Source of the DNA: Bdellovibrionales bacterium
GTDB taxonomy: Bacteria > Bdellovibrionota > Bdellovibrionia > Bdellovibrionales > JAGQZY01
Length of the DNA stretch: 64,000 nt
Direction of reading: 5' to 3'
Assembly (NCBI GenBank): GCA_031429075.1
Contig: JANOYW010000028.1
Span: 14,205 to 78,204, forward strand
In this document: positions 20,074 to 29,496 of the stretch, piece by piece
How the letters are laid out: every line of letters begins with the position of its first letter
How positions within the stretch are numbered: the stretch's first letter is position 1
Position numbers and translations under genes: made by a program
Notes under the pieces: generated by a model
Seen by the model: only the letters and a program-made list of their open reading frames with translations
The model's database searches: none
What the model was told of the DNA's origin: nothing

Positions 20074-21441
20074 TTAAGCTTTCGCGATTTCCAAAATTGA
20101 TTGTTCGATGATTTTGACGGCCTTTTCGATATCTTTGTCTTGCATAATAGCTGGGACGAGAAAACGCAATCGCAGAGGCTTTTTGCCGCACGTGTAACAC
20201 ATCAAGCCGTTTTTAAATAAAACTTTTATTAACTGGTTTACTTTGTCTTTGTCTCCAGAAAACGGCGTCACCGCAATCATCAGCCCCAGTCCGTCGGGAT
20301 CCTCGAGCAATCCGCGACAAGCACCGTCCATACTTTTTTTAAACTCTTGAATAAATTTTTGATGGATCTTTTGCACTTTTCCTTGCGGTCCAAAGTAGCC
20401 TTCACTCATTTCATCGAGAATCGCGATTCCTGCTGAAAGCGCCGACGTGGCTCCAGCAAAAGTCCCAGCGATCAATCCCGGCTTAGGATTGTACTCCTCG
20501 GTGTAAAGTGTCGCGGCCACCTGCACGGTTTTCGCAATTGTACAAAGATCCACGTACTCACCAAAGCCCATGGTCTGAAACGCAAATGCCTCGCCGGTTC
20601 TTAAAAAGGTTTGTACCTCGTCGGCCCAAATGGCGATTTTGTTTTTTCTGCACTCTTCAAAAAGAGGAATAAAAAAATCAAGCGGTGCGGAGCGGTAACC
20701 GCCTTCGCCAAGCATGGGCTCAAAACAGAAAACCGCAATTTGATTTGGAAATTTTGTGATGTGCTCGCGAAGTGCGCTGAGAGCAATTTCACTGCTGCGC
20801 GGGTTTGTTTTGTCGTAAAAGGGAATGCGCAAAACTTCGTTGTACGTTGGCAAACCTTGTTTGTAGTCAGGATTGTCAGTGATTTCGGCCATCATCGTTG
20901 AGCGACCCGAGAACGCATTCTCAACGGATATTACATATTTTGCTGGCGAGTTTTTTTGCCGCGCCATTTTGAGAGCATTTTCGTTGGCCATTGTTCCGCA
21001 AGTTGAAAGCCAAACATGTTTTAAACGGCTGTTTTTAGCAAGACCAACAAGTTTACGACTGATCTCCACATACTCTTCGCCGGGTTGAAGGTGACCTTGG
21101 TTCACGGTGTCCTGAAGAGCACCGTGAACGCCGGCAGCAAGAACGCGCGGGTGGGAATGCCCCAAAAGATGTACACCAATTCCGTTAATTAAATCTAACT
21201 TAACACTGCCATCCTGACACTGCACGTAGGGTCCGTTGCCAAGGCCGCTGCCAATGTACGGCCAGTAAAGTGGTCGTCCGCGATACTTACCAATTTCTTC
21301 GAGAAGTTTTTTATACTCTTCAGTCAGATCCGCCTGCGGCCCACGCACATCGTTGATGGCTTCGGTTTCTTTCATCACTTTTTGGACCAATTTTTGGACT
21401 TCGGCTTCAAGATTAATTTGGTTTTTCATTTTATGTAGCAC
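20074..21441 (-). CDS. Class III PLP-dependent aminotransferase (AstC/ArgD-like)
   Basis: LDLINGIGVHLLGHSHPRV and ...EPMLGEGGY...WADEVQT, typical of class III transaminases. First gene of the ast-like operon. Confidence 0.75.
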   Translation of the reverse strand: MLHKMKNQINLEAEVQKLVQKVMKETEAINDVRGPQADLTEEYKKLLEEIGKYRGRPLYWPYIGSGLGNGPYVQCQDGSVKLDLINGIGVHLLGHSHPRVLAAGVHGALQDTVNQGHLQPGEEYVEISRKLVGLAKNSRLKHVWLSTCGTMANENALKMARQKNSPAKYVISVENAFSGRSTMMAEITDNPDYKQGLPTYNEVLRIPFYDKTNPRSSEIALSALREHITKFPNQIAVFCFEPMLGEGGYRSAPLDFFIPLFEECRKNKIAIWADEVQTFLRTGEAFAFQTMGFGEYVDLCTIAKTVQVAATLYTEEYNPKPGLIAGTFAGATSALSAGIAILDEMSEGYFGPQGKVQKIHQKFIQEFKKSMDGACRGLLEDPDGLGLMIAVTPFSGDKDKVNQLIKVLFKNGLMCYTCGKKPLRLRFLVPAIMQDKDIEKAVKIIEQSILEIAKA

Positions 21442-21454
21442 TTGCGCTCCCTCG

Positions 21455-22252
21455 ATGGCTCAATTAAAATCATTATCTATGTTACCACTTTGCCTATTAG
21501 TATCACTGACATTTTGGGTCTCGTCAGCATTTCCCGACGCTTCGACAGACACTGTTTTCACCCAGGCTCTCGAGAGTTTCAAGCAAACTGATCTTACGAA
21601 AAGTCGTGAAAGTTTTCTGCAGCTTTTACAAAAATCTCCGAATGACCCTGTATTGCTTTATAACCTGGGTCTGGTGGAGTCCTCCGACCAACATCCAGGG
21701 CGCGCCATGGCTTACTGGCGCAAAGCGGTATTTTTGCAGCCTGGGTTTTCCCCCGCTGTCGCCGGCATTCGTCAGCTTGAAAAACAAAAAAATCCCTCGA
21801 TTGTTCCCGCTCAGTGGTGGCAAAAAGGACCACGCTACGTGTCTTTATTCTGGCTCTTGGTAATTTTGCTTATTTTCATCGCGCTGAGTGTTGTTTTTGG
21901 GGTCAGAAGAAAACGAGCCATTAAACTAAAAATCCCCGAACCCCCTCTGTGGCCCGTGCCCGTTTGCATCACGACGTCTGCTCTCTTAGCGGGCTTTATC
22001 GCACTCCACATCAGCCTTCTTCACTGGCACACCATGGCCATCGTGATGGAACCTGTCGCCATCCACTCGTCACCAAACGTTGATTCCCCCGCATTGTTTG
22101 ATTTTAAAGAAGGCGATGAAGTTGTTGTGCACCGGCAAAACGGCGATTGGTTGCAGATCCAGAGAGGTTCTACTGCCATTGGGTGGGTACAAAAAAACGC
22201 AATTTTTATTCATTCCGGTCCACCTCTTGCGCCAACGGCTTCCAGCCTTTGA
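21455..22252 (+). CDS. TPR + transmembrane + SH3b-like domain protein
   Basis: Signal-like start at ATG 21455. TPR-like LLYNLGLVES...AMAYWRKAVFLQPGF. Two hydrophobic helices. C-terminal GDEVVVHRQNGDWLQIQRGSTAIGWVQKNAI. Confidence 0.55.
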   Translation: MAQLKSLSMLPLCLLVSLTFWVSSAFPDASTDTVFTQALESFKQTDLTKSRESFLQLLQKSPNDPVLLYNLGLVESSDQHPGRAMAYWRKAVFLQPGFSPAVAGIRQLEKQKNPSIVPAQWWQKGPRYVSLFWLLVILLIFIALSVVFGVRRKRAIKLKIPEPPLWPVPVCITTSALLAGFIALHISLLHWHTMAIVMEPVAIHSSPNVDSPALFDFKEGDEVVVHRQNGDWLQIQRGSTAIGWVQKNAIFIHSGPPLAPTASSL

Positions 22253-22283
22253 CTTTCCGCTTCAGCCTTTCTAAACTGCCTAC

Positions 22284-23033
22284 ATGAAATGCTTTCGTAT
22301 TTTAATTTTTCTTTTTAGCTCTTTGTTGCTCATCTCCTGCGTCACAGAGCCCAAGGTAAATCTCAACACTCCAGAGGGTCTTTTTAAACTTGGCGATTTT
22401 TATCAAAAACAAGAGCGCTACGAAGAAGCTATCAATCAGTACAAAGCCCTTTCGAACAAACATCCTTACAGTAAATTAGCCATAGAGGCTGAGCTTCGAG
22501 TGGCTGATTGTCATTTTAAAAAAGAAGACTACATTGAAGCCTACAGCGCCTACAAAATTTTTAAGGAGCTGCATCCAAAACATGCGATGATGGATTACGT
22601 TACTTACAATGCGGCTGAGAGTTTGCGCGAAGATCTTCCGTCGACAGTGGATCGCGATCTCACAACCGCGTCCCAGGCAATTAATTACTACGAAGAGATC
22701 ACCGCGCTTTATCCGCAGTCGAAATACGCGGCCGATGCCAAGGAGAAGCGCTTCAAGCTGATTCAAATGCTTGCAGACAAAGAACTCTACATTGCCGACT
22801 TTTATTTTAAGCAAGAAAAGTATTTAGGCGCTCTCACGCGCTACGAATTATTTTTACAATCTTTTCCTCTCAATCAAAAAGTTCCCTACGGGCTCTTGCG
22901 TGCAGCGCTTTCGGCTAAATACGGAAAACTTCCTGATCGAGCCGCAGCCCATGTTCAGAAATTGATTTCGGAACACCCACAGTCTTCAGAAGCTTCGACG
23001 GCGAAAAAGGAGTTCTCTGGTGTTGCAGGATGA
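22284..23033 (+). CDS. bamD: Outer-membrane protein assembly factor BamD (YfiO/ComL family lipoprotein)
   Basis: Lipobox SLLLISC. TPR-like repeats with YEEAINQYKAL, YPYSKLA, YPQSKYAADA. 249 aa. Confidence 0.75.
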   Translation: MKCFRILIFLFSSLLLISCVTEPKVNLNTPEGLFKLGDFYQKQERYEEAINQYKALSNKHPYSKLAIEAELRVADCHFKKEDYIEAYSAYKIFKELHPKHAMMDYVTYNAAESLREDLPSTVDRDLTTASQAINYYEEITALYPQSKYAADAKEKRFKLIQMLADKELYIADFYFKQEKYLGALTRYELFLQSFPLNQKVPYGLLRAALSAKYGKLPDRAAAHVQKLISEHPQSSEASTAKKEFSGVAG

Positions 23034-23559
23034 TCTCAAAATACTTTTAGATACAGCCAAGGACCACTTCAATAAGGGTCATTACAAGTTAGCTGAGCCG
23101 CTTTTATTACAGCTGCATAGCGAACCCAATCAAAAACCAGATGTGCCTTACATGCTGGCCTCCATAGCTTTTGATAAGGGCCAATTAAAACGCGCCATTC
23201 AATTGTTTAAGCACTCGCTCGAAATCGATCCTGAATTTACTGACTCCAGCGTGGGTCTCTCCATCATTCTCAACGATCTCGGTCGTTACGATGAGGCTAA
23301 AAAAGTCTTCGAGGACGCCTATTCGATCATGAAGCAAAAGCAAAAGCTTGGAAAAGATGCGTTTTTGCTACAGAAACTCGCGCAAAAGCACACAGAGCTT
23401 GGCGACTTATACGCTGCTAACAACCTTTTAAGTGATGCTGTTCTTGAATATCAAAAGGCGTTGAAGCACCAGCCACAAAGTGAAGAGCTGCAAAATAAAA
23501 TCGATAAGTTTCTTTCTCTTTCATCAATTAACGATACGGGGTTATATGCAACAACTTAA
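23020..23559 (+). CDS. TPR-repeat protein
   Basis: Repeated TPR-like helices (GHYKLAEPLL, GQLKRAIQLFKHSLEIDPEF, GRYDEAKKVFEDA, LLSDAVLEYQKALKHQP). GTG start overlaps the bamD end. Confidence 0.55.
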   Translation: MLQDDLKILLDTAKDHFNKGHYKLAEPLLLQLHSEPNQKPDVPYMLASIAFDKGQLKRAIQLFKHSLEIDPEFTDSSVGLSIILNDLGRYDEAKKVFEDAYSIMKQKQKLGKDAFLLQKLAQKHTELGDLYAANNLLSDAVLEYQKALKHQPQSEELQNKIDKFLSLSSINDTGLYATT

Positions 23560-24064
23560 AGAAAATATGACGCCTTTTATTTCGCAAAAGAAAATCGCCG
23601 AACTTGTGCATCGTCTCGCTAAAGAAATCGAAATCGACTACCACGGACGCGAAGTCATTTTTATTTGCCCTCTGAAGGGTTCTGTTTTTTTTGTAGCCGA
23701 TCTCATGCGACAAATCTCGCTCCAACAAAAAGTCGACTTTGTTTATCTGACGTCCTCTGAAAAAGGCGGATCCTTAAAAATTATCAAGGACATCAGCACC
23801 AACGTTCAGGGAAAAAACGTTATCATCGTCGAAGAGATCATTGATAATGGACGAACACTGAATTTTTTGAAAAGTCGATTGATGGCGTCGAATCCCGCAT
23901 CGCTTAAAATTCTCACACTTCTCGACAAACCCGCCCGCCGCGAAATTCCTCTCAAACCAGATTATATCGGAATGACAATTGATGATCGTTACGTAGTGGG
24001 TTACGGAATGGACTCGGATGAACTTGGACGAAACTACACGGACATTTACTCGTATAAAATGTGA
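23546..24064 (+). CDS. hpt: Hypoxanthine-guanine phosphoribosyltransferase
   Basis: PRPP-binding loop VIIVEEIIDNGRTL, plus LLDKPARREIPLKPDYIG and VVGYGMD. Confidence 0.9.
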   Translation: MQQLKENMTPFISQKKIAELVHRLAKEIEIDYHGREVIFICPLKGSVFFVADLMRQISLQQKVDFVYLTSSEKGGSLKIIKDISTNVQGKNVIIVEEIIDNGRTLNFLKSRLMASNPASLKILTLLDKPARREIPLKPDYIGMTIDDRYVVGYGMDSDELGRNYTDIYSYKM

Positions 24065-24588
24065 ATAAGACTCTTAATGTTATCTCATTTAAAATAGGTT
24101 GGGCTGTTTGTCTTTGGGCGGCTTCACAAAGTTATTCGTGGCTGATTCCATGGCTCTGTGGCGTTGGTCTCGTAGCTATCAACGTATCTGTGCAAAAAAA
24201 ACGTCGTCTGGCGCTGGCCAAGGTTTTTACTGTGGTGGTCTTTGGCTTTCTTTTTGAGTTACTCAACCAGCACTTAGGTTTTTACGAATTTCCAAACCAT
24301 AACTCCTTCTTCCCTCCGTTATGGCTGCTCTCGTTTTGGCCTGTTTTTTCGCTTTTATTTATTGAATTCATCGATGGTTACGCCAATAAACCTTTATGGT
24401 TCCATCTACTGATCGGCGTATCCGGAGCGGTTGGATATTATTTTGGAGAATGGGCAGGACTTATTATTTTTCGACGCCCACTCGAAATCTATCTAACACT
24501 GTTTTGCTTCGCGTGGGCTTTTCAATACTTCTTTATTGTAAAAGTTGTTCAGATCGTTCGGCGTCGACCCATTCTGTCGTTGGACTAA
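24061..24588 (+). CDS. Polytopic membrane protein, unknown function
   Basis: GTG within ATGTGA overlaps the hpt stop. 4-5 hydrophobic helices. The 3' end overlaps the convergent rimO by 56 nt. Confidence 0.45.
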   Translation: MNKTLNVISFKIGWAVCLWAASQSYSWLIPWLCGVGLVAINVSVQKKRRLALAKVFTVVVFGFLFELLNQHLGFYEFPNHNSFFPPLWLLSFWPVFSLLFIEFIDGYANKPLWFHLLIGVSGAVGYYFGEWAGLIIFRRPLEIYLTLFCFAWAFQYFFIVKVVQIVRRRPILSLD

Positions 24589-25930
24589 TGATATGCCCAA
24601 CCATGTCGTAGTCGTGGCTGGCCGTAATTTTTACGTTCACGATGTCTCCAACCTTCGCATCGCCTTCGTTAATTAATACCACACCGTCGATACCTGGCGC
24701 CTGTTGCGACGTGCGCCCCTGGAGTAAAAGTTCAGATTCTTCGCTCAACCCGTCGATAATAACTGGCAGCGTTTTGCCCACGAATCGTTTGTGAATTTTT
24801 TTGCTCATCTTCTGTTGCAACTTCATAAGGCGATGAAATCTTTCTTCTTTAACCTCTTCGTCGATTTGATCTTCCATTTTACCACCCGCAGTTCCATCTT
24901 GTGGAGAGTATTTAAAGCACCCCACTCGATCAAACTTTTGCTCTTCGACAAAGGCCATAAGCTCCGCAAATTCCTCTTCACCCTCGCCAGGAAATCCGAC
25001 GATAAACTGTGTCCTGATAACAGCCTCAGGCATCAGACGACGAATGTTATTTAAGGTCTTTTCGATTTCAACCCGAGTCATTTTACGGTTCATTACCTTT
25101 AACATCTTATTGTTGATATGCTGAAGTGGCATATCGAAGTATTTCACTAAGTTTTTTCGCTCTCGCATCAACATGAGAACATCTTCATCAAGTCCGTCTG
25201 GATACAAATACAACAAGCGAATCCAGTCTAAACCTTTTACATCCGACAGCGCTTTTAAAAGCTCAAAGGGTGAGTCTTTAATTTCCGGGTTTTGTCGGCG
25301 GAGATCCCAACCATAATCTGTAAAGTCGTGTGAAATAATATTCACTTCGCGCACTCCACCCGCAACAAGCAACTTTGCTTCGTTGATAATGGCATCCACT
25401 CGGCGCGACTGAAGGTTTCCGCGAATTTTTGGAATGGCACAAAACGCACATCTTTTAAGACAACCCTCAGAAATCTTAATGTAGGCACGGTAAAACGGCT
25501 CGGAATTCACGCGCGGAGTGCTTTCCTCTTGCAAATATGTCGGCAAATGAAAGTACGCTTTCTGTGCCAATCCCTCTTCTTTAGCCTTCAGGATCTGAGA
25601 AATTTTTTGAAATTCACCCGACCCCACAAAAATATCCACTTCGGGAAGTTCTTTAACTAGTTCATCCTTATACCTTTGCGGCAGGCACCCTGTGACAACC
25701 AAGTTTTTTAGTTTTCCCGTTTCTTTATATTCAGAGGCATCTAAAATTTTCTGGATTGATTCTTGTTTCGACTCGTCGATAAAGCTGCAGGTATTCACGA
25801 TGATAGTTTCGGCTTCGCTTTCGTTTTGCGTGATCTCGTAGCCATCTTTAAAGAGTGAACCCAACATCATTTCACTATCAACGAGATTTTTGGGACAACC
25901 GAGACTTATCATGTGGACTGTTTTTTTCAT
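24533..25930 (-). CDS. rimO: Ribosomal protein S12 methylthiotransferase RimO (radical SAM MTTase)
   Basis: N-terminal ISLGCPKNLVDSE, radical-SAM SEGCLKRCAFCAIP, and a C-terminal TRAM-like segment. Confidence 0.85.
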   Translation of the reverse strand: MKKTVHMISLGCPKNLVDSEMMLGSLFKDGYEITQNESEAETIIVNTCSFIDESKQESIQKILDASEYKETGKLKNLVVTGCLPQRYKDELVKELPEVDIFVGSGEFQKISQILKAKEEGLAQKAYFHLPTYLQEESTPRVNSEPFYRAYIKISEGCLKRCAFCAIPKIRGNLQSRRVDAIINEAKLLVAGGVREVNIISHDFTDYGWDLRRQNPEIKDSPFELLKALSDVKGLDWIRLLYLYPDGLDEDVLMLMRERKNLVKYFDMPLQHINNKMLKVMNRKMTRVEIEKTLNNIRRLMPEAVIRTQFIVGFPGEGEEEFAELMAFVEEQKFDRVGCFKYSPQDGTAGGKMEDQIDEEVKEERFHRLMKLQQKMSKKIHKRFVGKTLPVIIDGLSEESELLLQGRTSQQAPGIDGVVLINEGDAKVGDIVNVKITASHDYDMVGHIISPTTEWVDAERSEQLLQ

Positions 25931-25936
25931 GGGATC

Positions 25937-26620
25937 CTAGAACTCGCTCACTTGAGCGTCTTTGGGTGGTGTATAGGTAAATACAGCGTCCTTAATGGAC
26001 TTATCAAATTCAACGTTCGTAAACTGATAGATGGTTTCGTTTTCCATGGCATCCCAATATTTAAACTGGGCAATGACCTGTTTCGTTTTGTCCACCAACA
26101 CTTGAGCCTTTTGAATTTCCTGCATGGATTTTTCAGGTTTTAAAAAATAAACCACCATGTCGTCTTGCTCCACAGATTTGTCCACTTGGAAAAAACGAAA
26201 GACTCCACCGTCGGTTAGAATTTGTAAAAGCAAATGCGATTTCGCCTTTTTGTTTGCGAGTTTTGTTTTCGCCACTTGAGTTTTTGAGTTTTTTGCATCT
26301 TTTACCGGTGGGCTCACCAGCCACAGATTTTTGCCATCAACGACGACGAGAGACCGTTCTTTGCCCGTCTCTTTATCCGACTCCGTAGACGTGAGCTCCA
26401 TGCGGAGCTTACCCTTCTTCATTTGCAGAGTTCCCTCAGAGGATTTTGTCTGCTCAAGAGCATTTAATTTGTCGGTCTTGTTTACCGCCATGGTCACGGT
26501 TTTCGCGACGATGTACTTTGCATCCACTTTTTTTAGGAGTTCCACTTGATCCGCGCGTTGGGTTGCAGAACCCGCCAAAGAAAGCCAAAAAAGACAAACC
26601 GCAAAGACCCAATGTTTCAT
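25937..26620 (-). CDS. LolA-like outer-membrane lipoprotein carrier/sorting protein
   Basis: Signal peptide MKHWVFAVCLFWLSLAGSA. LVVVDGKNLWLVSPP resembles the LolA DGxxLWxYxP block. Confidence 0.55.
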   Translation of the reverse strand: MKHWVFAVCLFWLSLAGSATQRADQVELLKKVDAKYIVAKTVTMAVNKTDKLNALEQTKSSEGTLQMKKGKLRMELTSTESDKETGKERSLVVVDGKNLWLVSPPVKDAKNSKTQVAKTKLANKKAKSHLLLQILTDGGVFRFFQVDKSVEQDDMVVYFLKPEKSMQEIQKAQVLVDKTKQVIAQFKYWDAMENETIYQFTNVEFDKSIKDAVFTYTPPKDAQVSEF

Positions 26621-26695
26621 CCCTATGACTTAGCAAATTCTTCAAAAAATCTCAATTTTTACAATCTGAAATGAAAAACTTTTAAGCTGAATGGC

Positions 26696-27316
26696 TCACT
26701 CCTTTAGAGCCATTAGACAACTTTCCCGGTACACGAGAGCAACTGCCTGAAACCCCTGAGGTTTCCCCAGTGCCACCCAGACGGCCCTGGCCGTGGAACC
26801 CGTTGTAATGACATCATCGTAAAACCACACTCTTTCACTTCTGCGAACGCTGAGGGACTGCGTGATTCTCTGCGCTTGACCCCGCTCCCTTCGCCCTTTT
26901 GACTTATAGTGAGCTCGCGGCTCAATCTTCAGTGCCGTGGCTTCCACTCCCAAATATTTTGCTAATACGTGCGCGCCCTCCGAAGCATGATCACAGGTTT
27001 TATTTTTAGGAATGACGTAAACTATCTGGGTGGGCGGAGGTCCCAAAGAGTAGGTGAGATAGCGACGAAAGATTCGTTCCCGCGCGAGTGTTAAGCCCGT
27101 AAACTTTTGTGATCGAACCAAGCATTCAATGGCTTTTGAAGATTTGCTCCAGGTCCACATCGCAGATACTGGAAATTCGGGCGTCACAAAAAAACCCCTG
27201 AAAAATCGCTCTTGGTGCCACAAAATCTCCCAACAGGCGTCGCAAAGCAGATCTCTCTGCCCCCAACCACTCGCGCACAGCGCGCAGACTCTAAGATAAC
27301 ATTTAAAGGTTTTCAT
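26696..27316 (-). CDS. comF: ComF-family phosphoribosyltransferase
   Basis: N-terminal Cys pairs CALCASGW...LCDACW. C-terminal PRT motif VWFYDDVITTGSTA. Confidence 0.75.
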   Translation of the reverse strand: MKTFKCYLRVCALCASGWGQRDLLCDACWEILWHQERFFRGFFVTPEFPVSAMWTWSKSSKAIECLVRSQKFTGLTLARERIFRRYLTYSLGPPPTQIVYVIPKNKTCDHASEGAHVLAKYLGVEATALKIEPRAHYKSKGRRERGQAQRITQSLSVRRSERVWFYDDVITTGSTARAVWVALGKPQGFQAVALVYRESCLMALKE

Positions 27317-27402
27317 TTAATCAGTATTATCAGCAACTTATATGCCATCAATGGCGTTTTTGTTTTAACGAAACTGGATTGACTATTTCCGGGAGTCGGA
27401 GC

Positions 27403-29295
27403 ATGTTCGTTTCCTTCATGAGAAGAGAAAAAGCCTCTGTTGGCGAATCTACAGTTATTCTCGCGGCTCTTGGTGTTGTGTTTGGAGACATTGGTACCAG
27501 TCCCCTCTATGCTATGCGTGAGGCTTTTAACCATGCCGATGGCATGACGACCGATGCCGGTAATGTTCTGGGTGTCCTTTCACTAATGATCTGGTCCTTG
27601 ATTCTTATTGTTTCGCTTAAATATTTAATGTTTGTTTTGCGCGCAGATAACAAGGGCGAAGGCGGAGTTCTAGCTCTTACAGCTTTGATCTCTTCGCTGC
27701 GTCCTGTAGAGAACACAAAAAGAAGTATTATACTGATGTTTGGGCTCTTTGGAGCGGCGCTGTTGTTTGGTGATGGTGTCATCACTCCGGCGGTTACAAT
27801 CCTTGGAGCCGTTGAGGGCCTGAATGTTGCCACCCCTATGTTCAAACCTTTTGTTGTTCCAATCACTATTACTATTCTTGTGGTTCTTTTTTGGGCGCAA
27901 CATTATGGAACAGCAAAAATTGGCGCTGTGTTTGGTCCCATCATCCTCCTGTGGTTTGCAACTATTGGAACTTTGGGAATCTTTGCGATTGTTAAGGCCC
28001 CAGTAGTTCTCGAAGCCTTCAATCCCATCTACGCCATTGATTTCTGCATCCATGGTGGTAGCAAAATCCTTATTGTTTTGGGCGCTGTTTTTTTAACAAC
28101 GACCGGGGCCGAAGCCATGTATGCGGACATGGGGCATTTTGGTGCCTCCGCTATTCGCAAAGCTTGGTATTATGTCGCCTTCCCCTGCTTGCTCCTAAAT
28201 TATCTCGGCCAGGGCGCTCTTTTGCTCACTTCGCCGGAAGCAAAAGCAAACCCATTTTTCTATCTTGTGCCAAGCTGGGGTCTGTATCCAATGGTTGTTC
28301 TTTCGACGATGGCTGCGGTGATTGCTTCGCAGGCGTTGATCACGGGTGTTTATTCTATTTCTCAGCAAGCGATTCACTTAGGCTATCTTCCTCGACTGCG
28401 CATTGTGCACACTTCGAGTATTGCTAAGGGGCAAATCTACATGCCCCATATCAACTGGCTACTGCTTGGAATGACGGTTTGGTTAGTGATCACATTTCAA
28501 ACATCCAGTGCGCTCGCGGCCGCTTATGGAATTGCCGTCGCTCTCACAATGATCATTACTACGGCTTTGGCTTGTATTGTTGCGCGCCGATTGTGGCGCT
28601 GGTCGGCCACCGTTACTTCTATCGCCTTCGTTTTGATGATGGCTGTGGATCTTGTGTTCTTGTCATCAAACGTCATCAAAATTCAACATGGCGGTTGGTT
28701 TCCTTTGGCGCTCGCATCTGTTCTTTTTATGATCATGACCACCTGGAAAACAGGTAAAGTCATACTTTTTGAATACCTAAAATCTCACACCATTCCCTTT
28801 GAACAGTTTCTAAAAGACATCCGCACCAAACCACCGGCCCGTGTTCCTGGAACTGCTGTGTTTATGACGGCGGAGCCCTCCGGGATTCCCCTCGCTCTTC
28901 TGCATAATGTGAAACACAACAAGGTTCTGCACGAACGAAATATTTTTCTGACTATTTTTGTAGAAGAAGTTCCGTTTATTCGTAAAAATGCCCACGTTGA
29001 AGCCACTGAATTAAAAGATGGGTTTTACCGAATGTCCGTTCGTTATGGTTTTATGGAAAACCCAGACATCACCGATATCTTTGACGTCACCGGCGAAAGC
29101 CAAATCGTTCTTGATCCGGAACAAACGTCCTTCTTTCTGGGTAAAGAAACTATTATCGCTACTCACAATCGAGGCATGGCGATATGGCGTGAAAAACTTT
29201 TTTCGTTTATGTCCAAAAATTCCGAAGGCGCCATCGTCTTTTATAATATTCCACGCCAACAAGTTGTGGAACTCGGCGTTCAAATCGAACTCTAA
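27403..29295 (+). CDS. kup: KUP/HAK/KT potassium uptake transporter
   Basis: LGVVFGDIGTSPLYAMRE signature, about 12 TM helices, and a C-terminal cytoplasmic domain. The longest ORF starts at TTG 27379. Confidence 0.92.
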   Translation: MFVSFMRREKASVGESTVILAALGVVFGDIGTSPLYAMREAFNHADGMTTDAGNVLGVLSLMIWSLILIVSLKYLMFVLRADNKGEGGVLALTALISSLRPVENTKRSIILMFGLFGAALLFGDGVITPAVTILGAVEGLNVATPMFKPFVVPITITILVVLFWAQHYGTAKIGAVFGPIILLWFATIGTLGIFAIVKAPVVLEAFNPIYAIDFCIHGGSKILIVLGAVFLTTTGAEAMYADMGHFGASAIRKAWYYVAFPCLLLNYLGQGALLLTSPEAKANPFFYLVPSWGLYPMVVLSTMAAVIASQALITGVYSISQQAIHLGYLPRLRIVHTSSIAKGQIYMPHINWLLLGMTVWLVITFQTSSALAAAYGIAVALTMIITTALACIVARRLWRWSATVTSIAFVLMMAVDLVFLSSNVIKIQHGGWFPLALASVLFMIMTTWKTGKVILFEYLKSHTIPFEQFLKDIRTKPPARVPGTAVFMTAEPSGIPLALLHNVKHNKVLHERNIFLTIFVEEVPFIRKNAHVEATELKDGFYRMSVRYGFMENPDITDIFDVTGESQIVLDPEQTSFFLGKETIIATHNRGMAIWREKLFSFMSKNSEGAIVFYNIPRQQVVELGVQIEL

Positions 29296-29496
29296 AGGTA
29301 CGGACACACTTTTTGGGACTTGTTGCGTAAAAAAAATCTAACCTTTTTCAAAGGGCTTCTTTTTAAGACACGTCCATTCATGGACTCGCTCGCAGCTCGA
29401 AACATCGTGTTTGCGAGAGGTCTTAAAAAGAAGCCCTTTGAAAAAGGTTAGATTTTTTTTACGCAACAAGTCCCAAAAAGTGTGTCCGTACCTTTA
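29293..29496. repeat. Perfect 77-bp inverted repeat with 50-bp spacer (204-bp palindromic element; MITE-like or giant bidirectional terminator)
   Basis: The arms 29293-29369 and 29420-29496 are exact reverse complements (checked base by base). The outermost triplets are the TAA stops of kup and rlmH. The spacer holds smaller hairpins (TCCAT/ATGGA, CTCGCA/TGCGAG). Confidence 0.9.

Noticed and set aside
29380-29451. A 23-codon ORF (MDSLAARNIVFARGLKKKPFEKG) and a mirror 28-codon ORF that start in the spacer of the 77-bp inverted repeat.
   Set aside because: Neither has a Shine-Dalgarno sequence. They are a by-product of the palindromic sequence, and there is no evidence for translation.
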